Shown piece by piece: positions 27,319 to 38,500 of a DNA stretch of 64,000 bases. Each line of letters starts with the position of its first letter. Within the stretch, counting starts at the first letter, position 1. Source of the stretch: Eledone cirrhosa (Eukaryota). Below the pieces are notes generated by a model. It was not told the origin of the DNA, searched no databases, and saw only the letters and a program-made list of their open reading frames with translations. The position numbers and the translations under genes are program-made. Location: the NCBI GenBank assembly GCA_964016885.1, contig OZ024742.1, positions 36,084,001-36,148,000 of the forward strand. The letters run 5' to 3'.

Positions 27319-27520
27319 CTTCTTCTTCTTCTTCTTCTTCTTCTTCTTCTTCTTCTTCTTCTTCTTCTTCTTCTTCTTCTTCTTCTTCTTCTTCTTCTTC
27401 TTCTTCTTCTTCTTCTTCTTCTTCGCCCATTATTCCTGAGATGATCGTGGGGGGGGGGGTCCTCAAACACTCCTGCCAGCGGGTCTTGTCAGAAGCAACT
27501 GGTCCGGCTGGATCCCCAAG
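27319..27520 (-). mobile_element. Extreme 3' end of a LINE (RTE-like) with (GAA)n tail
   Basis: ASDKTRWQECLR followed by TTGAGGAC..CCCCCACGA..AGGAATA..(GAA)n. A homologous end is at 53857-54328(+). Confidence 0.55.
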
Positions 27521-28040
27521 ACGAAGAATAACACTGAGGCGTACAAAAGATAAGAAGGTAGAACAGGGGAAGGCAGACTGGGGAGTGTGATGTCTATATG
27601 ATAATTTCAAAAAAAAGCCCGCATGGCTGTCTTTAGAATATGAATTCAAACCAGAGGGTGGGTTAATAGGACAAAGACAATGGAGAAATCAACGGAAAGA
27701 CAGACATTGCCATCTCCTCAGTCAACAGCTGGAAATCATTACAATTTCGGTGTTTTTAAGGTTTGTAGTATTCATTTCAGTGTACATTGGGACGTAACAA
27801 AACAGGTAGAGGCAAGTTATGCCTTTAGGCGAATTACACAAATATAGAAGAAAAAGCATCCCAAGTGTGTCAACTGGCAAAGAGGGGAGAGAATGGTGCG
27901 CAAGGGCTTAGCCAAAGGAGGAACAATATAGAAAGAGAGAAATAGTAAAACAGAAGAGAATAATAAGGACTGTAGTCCAACGTGCAGACAAACAAGACTG
28001 GCACTGAGGCGTAGAAAAGGTAAGAAGGGAAGAGATTCTT

Positions 28041-28076
28041 TCTTCTGATGAATGACTAGCGTCCGAAACGTTAAGA
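28041..28076 (+). ncRNA. Minimal hammerhead ribozyme (family A), one stem II mismatch
   Basis: TCTT-CTGATGA-A-TGAC-TAGC-GTCC-GAAAC-GTT-AAGA. Confidence 0.75.
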
Positions 28077-28269
28077 CGCTCTTCCTGCTATATCAAGCGT
28101 TAACCTAATATATCCCTTCCATATACTGTACCAATTGTGTTATTATTTCTGTTTACCTTTTACATACATATATAAATATATATATGTGTGTGTGTGTTTG
28201 TGTGATGGACTCTCTCGTTGATTTCGATGTATGTGGGTCTAAACAACCTATTCGAATCATTCAGTTTAG

Positions 28270-28600
28270 ATGTTTATATCGGGCATGATATTTTAGGCCT
28301 GCCAAGGATTTGCAAGAAAATCCACTGATCGAAAAGGGTGAGGTTTGCTGGATAATGTTGCTGGTATAGTTGATAATGCTTTTCTCCCCACCCTCTGGCT
28401 ACTTGTAGCCTATGGATACAATCAGACTCGAAGTTCCTGATCTCATTATGACTCACAGATCTTCAGTTCTTCAGTTCCAAGGTCACGTGCTCAAATGTCT
28501 CATAAGGTATATTGGTTGCTGAAAGATTACCCTTCAGCTTGTCTTTGCCCCTGAACCGTGGCCATCCAACATTTCTATAAACTAGCTGTATATGAGGACT
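28270..28600 (-). pseudogene. RTE-clade LINE 3' fragment
   Basis: PRFRGKDKLKGNL...IPYETFE...RSVSHNEIRNFE resembles the RTE C-terminus seen at 5808. Confidence 0.55.
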
Positions 28601-28713
28601 TTTGGTATGTCTGTATGTCTGTATGTATGTATGTATGTATGTATGTATGTATGTATGTATGTATGTATGTACATGTGTATATATGTATGTATATCTGTGT
28701 ATGAATATAGAAA

Positions 28714-29195
28714 TAATCGGGCTGGATACCCAATCGCACGGTTTAACCACTGGGAGTGAAGGGCTCCTAGCTCTTGTCAGGGCATTCATCTAGGAGAAGG
28801 CAACTCTTGAAACTGCAACTCAGTAGTTACCGCTGATGTTGATCTTTTTTTCTTTTCGGGTTATAGCTACTATCGCCCAGAGAGTGGGATTGGCTCAGTG
28901 GGAGTGAAGGACCCCTAGCCTTTGTCAGGGCATTCTCCTAGGAGAAGGCAACTCAGGAAACTGGGATAACTCCGATATAAAACCTGCGGCTCAGTAGTTA
29001 TCGATGATGTTGATCTTTTCTTCTTTTCGGGGTATAGCTACTGTCGCTCAGTGAGTGGCTCAGTGCACAGTCTTTCCTCACTTGAAAAAAAAATCTTCAC
29101 GCACAGGCATTGCACGATAGAATTAATTAATAATTATTAATAATGTTATATCGTGCAATGGCCATACTCCATAACGAGGGGGGCAGCCATCATTT
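28714..29195 (+). mobile_element. Non-coding retroposon family S3 with an internal ~160-bp duplication
   Basis: TGGGAGTGAAGG...CTAGGAGAAGGCAACTC...TATAGCTACT occurs twice. It ends ATAACGAGGGGGCAGCCATCAT before a microsatellite; the same end occurs at 12530-12575 and 62697. Confidence 0.8.
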
Positions 29196-30559
29196 ATGTA
29201 TGTATGTATGTATGTAGGTAGGTAGGTAGGTAGGTAGGTAGGTAGGTATAAATGTATGCATATATGTAGGTATGCATGCGTGTATGTGTATATGCGTATG
29301 TATGTATGTATGTATGTTCTGGTTTTATAATTTTATAAATTTTTACCAATAGAGAGAGAGTGTCGGTTTCTGACAGAGATACACGACTCTCTCATTGGAA
29401 TTTACACAACATAAACTAAGTAGATATGTATGCATTTGAAAGCAGGTATGGATGTTATTGTATGTGTGGATGTGGATGTTATGAGTTATATGTATGCATG
29501 TGCATATGCTTTGTATCTGTACATGTGTACATGCAATTATTAGATGCAGAATTTTTGGAATGTATGTATATAAGTCTGTATGAATGTATGCATGCGTGTA
29601 TGTGTCTATGTATGTATATGTATGTATATCTGTCTGTATATATGTATGTATGGATCTATGTATGTATATATGTATGTCTGTATGTATGTATGCATGTGTG
29701 TATCTATGTATGTACCAGTGTTCAGCAGTCGTGTGTACATCAACAGATGGTAGAATTACGCAATAGCGTAGCAAAACAACAGCTCACCAAACAAGAGAAA
29801 GCAGGCAAGAAATCCTAATTCGTTCCTAGAAAAAATGGCGGCATATTACCGTTGGCGTCTGTCATCGTTTCAATGACGTCATGTATGTACGAGTGAACGT
29901 TTCTATGCACCTGAAGTAAACCTCATAGTTGTTGTCTACTGTATACGTGGAGATGATGGCGGTTATGGTGGCGGTGTAAGGTAGAAGTGAATAAGAATGT
30001 TCGCGATATTTGCGATAAAGGTAGACATTTTAACTCTTTTTTTACTATATTTCTCATGATTTTCAATTCATTTTGAAAGTAATTAAAAATTTGGATGATC
30101 TCTCTAGCAGTTTACCACTGTGGAGCCGGAGTTACTTATTCGTCCGTTTCGAGTCTGCTTATATTGCAACTAACCAGCATATATGGTGGCCGTGTCAGTA
30201 TCCACCACTTGCGATCCGTTCTCTAGAAAAACAGCTCTGTCGAGAATGGGGTCTTGGGATACATAACCTGTGTGTGGTGCGAAAAAGACCAGCAAAACAC
30301 TGCAATATGTCTGGAATTTGCGAACGACCTGTTAATATTTAACTCATCCGAGGGTGATCTCTGACATACACTTCATATGCTTGCTGCCGAGTGCTGTATG
30401 ACAGGACTGAAAATCAATGCTGCGAAGACTCGGACATACTTTTCTTAAGGAAGCCTGCACAGTGCACTCTATATATGAATGGAGTTCCACTGAAACAGAC
30501 GGAGAAGCTCGATATCCCTGGGCCGTGTTCACGTGTGATGGAACTCAAGAAGCTGAATA

Positions 30560-30955
30560 AAGTGCAAGAATTGTAGAAGCTGGTGCAGTAATGGGCCAGC
30601 TTCAGCATTTGGTCATCAGAAAAAGGGAGGGGTTGTAAAAGCCAGACTCGCTATCTTCAATTCGGTATTCCTGCCAACTCTTGTCTATGGTCAACTATAT
30701 TGTGTAATGAACTATTGCGAATACAAGCGGCTAAAATGGGATTCCTTCGAAGAGTCTTTGGAGTAATGTTACTTGTTAGTGTGCGTAGCTCGGAGATCAG
30801 AGAGTCACTTCAGGTAGAGCCGCTACTTCACCGAATTGAGATATCACAGCTCAGATATTACGGACACGTAGTTATAATGTCTCGGGAAAGAATAACTGCA
30901 CAGAATTTACGGGAAAAACCATCCGACAGGAGACCCAGGGATAGACCCCGAGCAA
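30560..30955 (+). pseudogene. RTE-clade LINE RT/thumb 3' fragment
   Basis: RIQAAKMGFLRRVFG...EIRESLQVEPLL...QLRYYGHV...RRPRDRPR. Confidence 0.85.
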
Positions 30956-31038
30956 GAAGAAGAAGAAGAAGAAGAAGAAGAAGAAGAAGAAGAAGAAGAA
31001 GAAGAAGAAGAAGAAGAAGAAGAAGAAGGGGAGTGGTA

Positions 31039-31133
<95 letters not shown>
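30955..31133. repeat. (AAG)n followed by (TAA)n microsatellites
   Basis: Directly visible. Confidence 0.95.
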
Positions 31134-31467
31134 GCAGCAATAACAGCCAACTACAACAAAAAGTATATTATATTATTGTAATGCACTGGGTGATTGCTGG
31201 CCTGGAGTGGAGACAATTATTAATAATTTCATTCTTAAGCCACGCAATGCTCACATTAAGGAACCACTCATGATAATAACAATTTAAAAAAAACAACAAA
31301 AAGAAAACCCCGTGACCAAGAAATACCGGGATGGCGGCCGGCGGGGAATAGCCATGTCTCTAGGGGAGAACGACCCCTCTAGTCTTGGTTGACACTCGTT
31401 CTAGAAGTGGTAACACGAAAAGATTACCCCTTGGCGGATAAGGATAAAACGCGACAAAATAAAGTAG

Positions 31468-34400
31468 ATGTCTAATGATGAAATCTCATACCGGATCGGC
31501 CGTCACCCGGGTAAAAAAGGGCCGCGTCCCTCAGAGAGGAACCAGACTGGGGTCGAAAAATCAGCTAATGGTTCAAACCTTCCCATCACTTCGGAGCTGG
31601 AGACCTCCCATAACCGGAATACTCCTACTGTTGGCCCTCCATGCTCACCACCAAGAAATCCAAAGAAAAAGAGAGAAAAATGGTCAAGGGAAGATAATAA
31701 AGAAGTCCTTGAGGCTTTCTACACTGCCATGTACTACCCATCAAATACATCGAATACAGAGCAAACATATATCAACTGGAAAAAGAAACATCCCGAAAAC
31801 AGAGGCTATATTGACAGTAACAAACTAGCCAATATACGAAGAAATATTGTAAGAAAAAAGTTACTAACTGATATAGAAATTGATCAGATCAAGCTAGTAG
31901 CACAAAGTCAGCGAAGGGAAAATGAAGCATGTGTCAGTGAAAACGAGGTAAACTGTAACACTTCGAATCCCAGAGTTGGGGCGGAATCACTGGCAACAGA
32001 ACAAATTAAAGAAAGGAGCGAAAAAGTGGAGGGAGTGCATGCTCAGGATGAAACTCCAAATGAAAATAATGAGATCGTAAATGATAAAGAAATGAATGAG
32101 AATGAACTTGCCAACTTGAAGGATGAAATTATGATCGAATGGATGAAAATGAAAGAATCTGACATGGGGGAACGAGACACCCTCCCTAAGATCCAGAACT
32201 CCAAACAGAACCAAAAGATAATACACAAGACAAACATAATTCTCAAAAACATTATCATCACAAACAAACTAAGCATTACTGACTTAAATCATCTCTATTA
32301 TGCATCGGCTAAAGTCACCACTCACTTATGTGGAGTGAAGATGAAAAAACAAAGGAATTCCCACAAGAAATCTACTTGGCAAGATAACATCAATCGCCAA
32401 ATAAACCTTCTCCGATCTGACATAGAAATTTTAACAAACTATAAAGTAGGTGAACATGTTAAACAAACTAAACTTAGAAAATTGAAAAAAAAGTACAGTA
32501 TAAGATCAACATGTGACATAGACATGCTGATAGAAACAATCAAGCAAAAAGTGTCGGCCAAAGCTGCTCGTATAAGGCGCTTTGAAAAACGATCTAGATT
32601 CTATAAGGACAATAATATGTTCAAAAACAACCAAAGAAACTTCTACAGAAAAATTGGTAAGTCAACAATAACTGCTAAATCAATACCACCCAAGGAGGAA
32701 GTGCAAGAATTCTGGGAAAAGATCTGGGCCGAAGAAAAAGTTCATAACATACATGCCCCATGGATAGACAGACAAATGAAAGAAACAGCTCACCTTGAAG
32801 AACAAACATGGGAAAATATAACAGTTGAACAGCTGCGCTTGGCTCTAAGAAAAACCAGCAAATGGAAATCCCCAGGAAAAGACAAAATACAAAACTTTTG
32901 GATAAATGCCTTCACAGAGTCTCATGAGCTGTTAGCCCAACTTTACAATGAAATAGTTAAGGAGCCAGAAAAGATACCATCATGGCTAGTTAACGGCATT
33001 ACATTCCTGCTACCGAAGAATGATGAGACAAACAATCCCAAAAATTACAGACCGATAACCTGCTTGACCACAATGTATAAAATTTTAACATCAGTCCTAA
33101 CTGAATACACATATGACCACCTGATAACAAATGACCTATTTCCCATTGAGCAGAAAGGGTGTAAACGAGGCTCATATGGCTGTAAGGATCAGCTTCTGGT
33201 TAACAAAATGATACTGGAAGATTGTCATAATAGACACAAAAATCTATCGATTGCTTGGATAGATTATAAAAAAGCATTTGATAGTTTGCCACACAGTTGG
33301 ATTGAAAAATGTTTAGAGATTTTCAAAATATCCCCCGTTATCAGGAGGTTTTTGTCATTCAGTATGAGGACATGGAGAACGACACTCCTTTTGAATAGTG
33401 AAACAAAATCACTGGAAGCTGGAGAAGTTAACATTAATTGTGGAATTTTTCAGGGTGACGCTTTATCACCGCTTTTATTCTGCATCGCACTTATACCATT
33501 AAGTAAAATGCTCAATGAAACAAAACATGGATATAGAGTCTATGACAAAACCATTAATCACCTGTTCTACATGGATGACCTGAAACTATTTGCAAAAAAT
33601 GATGAACAATTGCAAGGGCTATTATCCACTGTGAAGCAGTTCAGTGATGACATTAAAATGGAGTTTGGACTGGATAAATGCGCCAAAGCAACGTTCACCA
33701 GAGGAAAGCTGCTGAAGAGTTCAGACATTAATCTTGATCGGGGGAACGTGATAAGAGAGCTTGATCAAGAACAAACTTACAAATATCTAGGTGTTTGTGA
33801 AGGAGACGGAATCAAGCACTCGACAATGAGGGAAAGGATAAGGAAGGAATGTTACCGCAGAGTCAGAGCAATCTTAAGAACGGAATTGAATGCAAGGAAT
33901 AGGATCGATGCCATAAACACGCTTGCCATACCAGTAGTAACCTACAGTTACAATGTCATCAACTGGTCAAGCACAGAGATCCGTAGGCTCGATACAAAAA
34001 TCCGAAAATTCTTAACCATGCACAGAATGCATCACCCTAAGGCAGACATAGATAGAATATATCTCCATAGGAAAGAAGGAGGACGTGGGTTAATCCAGTT
34101 AGACATTGCGTTGAAAACTGCAACAATTGGATTATCCACATATCTAAGGGAATCACATGATTGGATGATCAAACTCGTTTTGAAACACGAAAGCACCAAA
34201 AGATCATATTCCATTACAAAAGATGCACAAAGATACAGTAATGGACTACAAATTTCAGAAGTCCCATTTACTGCTGAAATGGAAAACACAGAAAAAGCAA
34301 AGCAGGTAAAAGTAACTGTAAAGAAAGAACTGCTACAGAAACTGGCTAAGAAATGGCAAGAAAAGCCTCTGTATGGAAAATACCCAGAGCGAGCTAACAA

Positions 34401-35118
34401 TCCTGATGTTGACAAAACTTTAACCCATCAGTGGTTGGCATCCTCTGGACTGAAATCGGAGACTGAAGGACTGATTATATCCGCACAAGATCAGTGTCTG
34501 CCAACAAAAAATTACCAAGCCAACATAATAAAAAATGGGTGCAGCCCATTATGCCGTGTATGCAAAAAACAACCAGAGACCATTGACCATATAATTTCAA
34601 TGTGCAGTCCTATAGCTCCAACCGAATACCTAAACAGGCATGACAGAGCTGCACAATACATACATTGGATAATGTGCAAGCATTTTGACCTGCCCCATCA
34701 AAAGAATTGGTGGGAGCATCAACCACCTCCCATACTTGAAAAAGATCACATCTCAATCTTGTGGAACTTTAGCATCCAAACAGACCGAAAAATAGATGCA
34801 AATAGACCTGATATAATATTGAAGGACTTTCAAAGGAGGGTATGCCTGCTAATTGATATGTCTGTTCCAATAGACAAGAATGTATCTATAAAAACATTTG
34901 AAAAATTGAGCAAGTATAAGGACCTGGAGATAGAAATTGGAAAAATGTGGAAATTGAGAACTAAAACAATACCAGTGGTTGTAGGCGCTCTGGGAATGAT
35001 ACCTAAGGGGTCTAACGACTACTTATCGCAAATCCCAGGAAACCCGCGTATAGGAGAAATACAAAAGATAGTACTAATGGGAACTGCCCATATACTAAGG
35101 AAGATCCTGTCAATATAA
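31468..35118 (+). CDS. Intact R4/Dong-type non-LTR retrotransposon ORF (RT + CCHC + restriction-like endonuclease), element 1
   Basis: 1216 aa open. WKSPGKD, YRPITCL, WIDYKKAFDS, GIFQGDALSPLLF, YMDDLKL, GGRGL, CRVC..ETIDHIISMC, RHD, NRPDII, KLSKY. Ends in (TAA)n at 35259-35305. Confidence 0.95.
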   Translation: MSNDEISYRIGRHPGKKGPRPSERNQTGVEKSANGSNLPITSELETSHNRNTPTVGPPCSPPRNPKKKREKWSREDNKEVLEAFYTAMYYPSNTSNTEQTYINWKKKHPENRGYIDSNKLANIRRNIVRKKLLTDIEIDQIKLVAQSQRRENEACVSENEVNCNTSNPRVGAESLATEQIKERSEKVEGVHAQDETPNENNEIVNDKEMNENELANLKDEIMIEWMKMKESDMGERDTLPKIQNSKQNQKIIHKTNIILKNIIITNKLSITDLNHLYYASAKVTTHLCGVKMKKQRNSHKKSTWQDNINRQINLLRSDIEILTNYKVGEHVKQTKLRKLKKKYSIRSTCDIDMLIETIKQKVSAKAARIRRFEKRSRFYKDNNMFKNNQRNFYRKIGKSTITAKSIPPKEEVQEFWEKIWAEEKVHNIHAPWIDRQMKETAHLEEQTWENITVEQLRLALRKTSKWKSPGKDKIQNFWINAFTESHELLAQLYNEIVKEPEKIPSWLVNGITFLLPKNDETNNPKNYRPITCLTTMYKILTSVLTEYTYDHLITNDLFPIEQKGCKRGSYGCKDQLLVNKMILEDCHNRHKNLSIAWIDYKKAFDSLPHSWIEKCLEIFKISPVIRRFLSFSMRTWRTTLLLNSETKSLEAGEVNINCGIFQGDALSPLLFCIALIPLSKMLNETKHGYRVYDKTINHLFYMDDLKLFAKNDEQLQGLLSTVKQFSDDIKMEFGLDKCAKATFTRGKLLKSSDINLDRGNVIRELDQEQTYKYLGVCEGDGIKHSTMRERIRKECYRRVRAILRTELNARNRIDAINTLAIPVVTYSYNVINWSSTEIRRLDTKIRKFLTMHRMHHPKADIDRIYLHRKEGGRGLIQLDIALKTATIGLSTYLRESHDWMIKLVLKHESTKRSYSITKDAQRYSNGLQISEVPFTAEMENTEKAKQVKVTVKKELLQKLAKKWQEKPLYGKYPERANNPDVDKTLTHQWLASSGLKSETEGLIISAQDQCLPTKNYQANIIKNGCSPLCRVCKKQPETIDHIISMCSPIAPTEYLNRHDRAAQYIHWIMCKHFDLPHQKNWWEHQPPPILEKDHISILWNFSIQTDRKIDANRPDIILKDFQRRVCLLIDMSVPIDKNVSIKTFEKLSKYKDLEIEIGKMWKLRTKTIPVVVGALGMIPKGSNDYLSQIPGNPRIGEIQKIVLMGTAHILRKILSI

Positions 35119-35258
35119 GTACATCACAAGTCTAAACACTAAGGATGCATGTGTGAATATGTGTGTTCTTTCTTGAACATGGCGGACCTTGTTGTCTCTT
35201 GAGGTCACTGGTTGTGACTTGGTGATAACTCGTATAAACATAAAGCAAGATAAATGCA

Positions 35259-35306
<48 letters not shown>

Positions 35307-35583
35307 TTTTCCCGTAAATTCTGTGCAGTTATTCTTTCCCGAGACAAAAACTAAGTCAGACATTCGAATACTACATTACAATGAAACTTATGCTTATTCA
35401 TTTTTGGGGCCCTTTATGCCCGTGTGTTTGTTTGTTTATGTGTGTTCGTATACAGCGTGGTGATAATGCCACACAAGGGCCAAGTGGGATGGCGGATCCA
35501 CAGATGGCTATGTAAACATACATTCGCCAATCCTCGATAAGAGTGTTTAAATATCGAACATAAACAGTTCGAATAACGGTGAA

Positions 35584-38500
35584 ATGGAGACTAGAACGTC
35601 ATGTGACAGACTCTCACCCAACAGGTGCCCCCTGGCTCAGCAGCAGGAACCTGACTGTCAACCAAATACTGCTGATGTTGGAGGAAGAAGAAGAAGGAAA
35701 GGGGCCAGAACCAACTGGACGAAAGAATTGAATAGAACTGTTATGCAATGCTACCTGAAAAGTAACCCCAAGGAGAGGGGCTACAGGAGACGGATGCATA
35801 ACATCTGGAACGAGATTGGTTTATTTAAATTAGATGAACAAAAATTGGCCGAGCAGGCTCGGGTAATAAGAGCTAATGGGTGGATAAGCGAGCTGGAACT
35901 GGAGGAACTGAGCAGAGAGAATGGCTTGGAGATGGCGGGTGTAGTATGCCAGACAAGCGAGCCGGTGGGAAATGAAGGTGAGGAGGTCCTGAGAACGGAG
36001 GAACCACCCGAAGCAGACAATGATCTGAATACTGAGATAAATAATACCTGGAACAGAGATACGGCCACTGAGGAGATGAATGCTGACGGGCTAGGACAAG
36101 ATTCGGTTGACATCCTAAATCTAGTGGTAGATGAATTGAACAATGATAGTGGGAGACCTATGAACCTTAGATTTGTAGACAGGAAAAAGTTAAAAGAAAC
36201 AACAGCTAAGGTAAACAAAGTCATCCCATACCTTGAGGCGAGGAGTCTTCACCAGTGCAACAATATCCTCAAAGCAACAGCAAATACGGTGAGGAAACTA
36301 CTTGGTATAAAAGCGAGAGGAAACAACAGACAAGAAAGAGCAGAGCCGTGGTGGAAGAAGCGACTGAGTGGGCAAATCGGGGAAATGAGAAATGACATAG
36401 GAAAGCTTGAGTCACTACTGAATGGGACACTAAAAAACATAGGCACTAAAAATAGACTGGAAATAAAATACAAAACTAGGAGTAAAAAGCTAAATATTAT
36501 CATAGAGGAATTGAAGCAACGCATTGTAGCAAAGAGTGCCAAAATCAGGCGATACGAGAACAGAGTCAGTCAGTATAAACAGAACCGCATGTTCGACAAC
36601 AACCAGAAGATGCTGTTTGGACAGCTTGAGGGGAAAGAAAGAGGCAACGACTTGATCCCTGGGGCGGAACAAGCTAAAACATTCTGGAGAGGAATATGGG
36701 AGCAGGATGTTAGACACAATGCCCAGGCAGGGTGGATTGAGACAGTACAGAGGGAGATCGGTGAGAAGGCACAACAACAGACTGATTTGAGTATCACAGT
36801 TGAAACTCTTAAGGGGCAAGCCAAAAAACTAACCAACTGGAAATCACCAGGCCCAGATGGTGTGCAGGGGTATTGGATTAAACATTTAACATCCCTCCAC
36901 CCGAAGCTGACGGCCATGTTCAATGACTGCTTGGTGTCGGGTGAGGTGCCAGAGTGGTTGACAAAAGGTACCACAGTTCTGATAATGAAAGACCGAATCA
37001 AGGGTAATGATGTTACCAACTATAGACCTATCACATGTCTGCCCGTAATGTGGAAACTGTTGACGAGCATTGTGTCTGAGGAAATCTGCCATCACCTCCA
37101 CACAAACAACTTGTTACCGGACGAACAGAAAGGATGCCGAAAGAAGTCACGTGGTACAAAGGACCAGTTGCTTATTGATAAGATGGTAATGGGGAATTGC
37201 AGGAGGAGACACACTGATCTTGCCATGGGATGGATAGACTACAGAAAGGCATTTGACATGGTGCCTCATTCCTGGATCACCAAAAGCCTGGAGGTCTTCA
37301 GGGTGGCGGATAACATCAGACAGTTGCTGGGCAGGAGTATGGGGTCCTGGGAGACAGAGTTGACATCAACTGGAGTATCCTTGGGAAGCGTGAAGATCAA
37401 GAGAGGTATCTTCCAGGGAGATAGCCTGTCCCCTCTGTTGTTTGTCCTTGCCCTGATGCCCTTGACCATTATGCTGCGAAAAGTGAGAGCAGGATACAAG
37501 TTGGGAAGGGGAGAGCTTACCATCAATCACCTCCTCTTCATGGACGATCTTAAGCTCTTCGGGAAAAGTGAGAAGGAGTTGGATGTGCTTGTTGACACTG
37601 TCCGTATTTTCAGCAGTGATATATGTATGCAGTTTGGTATTGGTAAATGTGGAGTCATTGTGATGAAGAGGGGTAGGTTGAGCAGAAGTAACGGGATCCA
37701 TATACCAACAGGTGAGATGATAAAGGAAATTGACTCTGAGGAAGGATACAAGTATTTGGGCGTTCTGGAGGCTGATGGCATAAAGAACAAAAAAATGAAG
37801 GAATTGTTAAGAACTGAATACATTCGGAGAGTAAGGAGCGTATTGAAGTCACATCTGAACAGCAGAAATGCCATAAGCGCAGTAAATTCCCGAGCTGTGT
37901 CTATTATTAGGTACAGTGCTGGAATTCTGAGATGGAATGTTGCTGAACAAAAAGAAATGGATAGGAAGACTAGGAAGCTATTGACTATCTACAACATGTT
38001 CCACAAGAGGAGTGATGTCGATAGACTCTACCTAAGGAGATCTGAGGGTGGAAGAGGTCTTATCAGCATAGAGGACTGTGTTCAGATGGAGAAAAACAAC
38101 CTATACAAATACGTGACCTATAGTAAGGAGCCAATGCTCAGAACTGTACTGAAGGAGGGGACAGTAGGCCAGGGGATGTCCAAGGAGGAAATAACATCAA
38201 GGAGGAAGAGCAGCCTTAAGGGAAAATCCCTTCATAGTACCTTCTTTGAGAAAACTGAATTTAGAGATCCACAGACATGGAACTGGTTGAGAAGAGGAGA
38301 CCTCAAAAAGGCTACAGAAGGAATGCTAATGGCTGCGCAGGAGCAGGCCCTCAAAACGAAGTGGTTGAAGCACCATATCTACAAGGAGGAGGCTAGCCCA
38401 CTGTGCAGGATCTGTGGAGAGAGAGAGGAGACTGTGGCTCACATTGTGTCCGAGTGTAAACACCTAGCCCAGACCCACTATAAGGGCTGGAGACACGATG

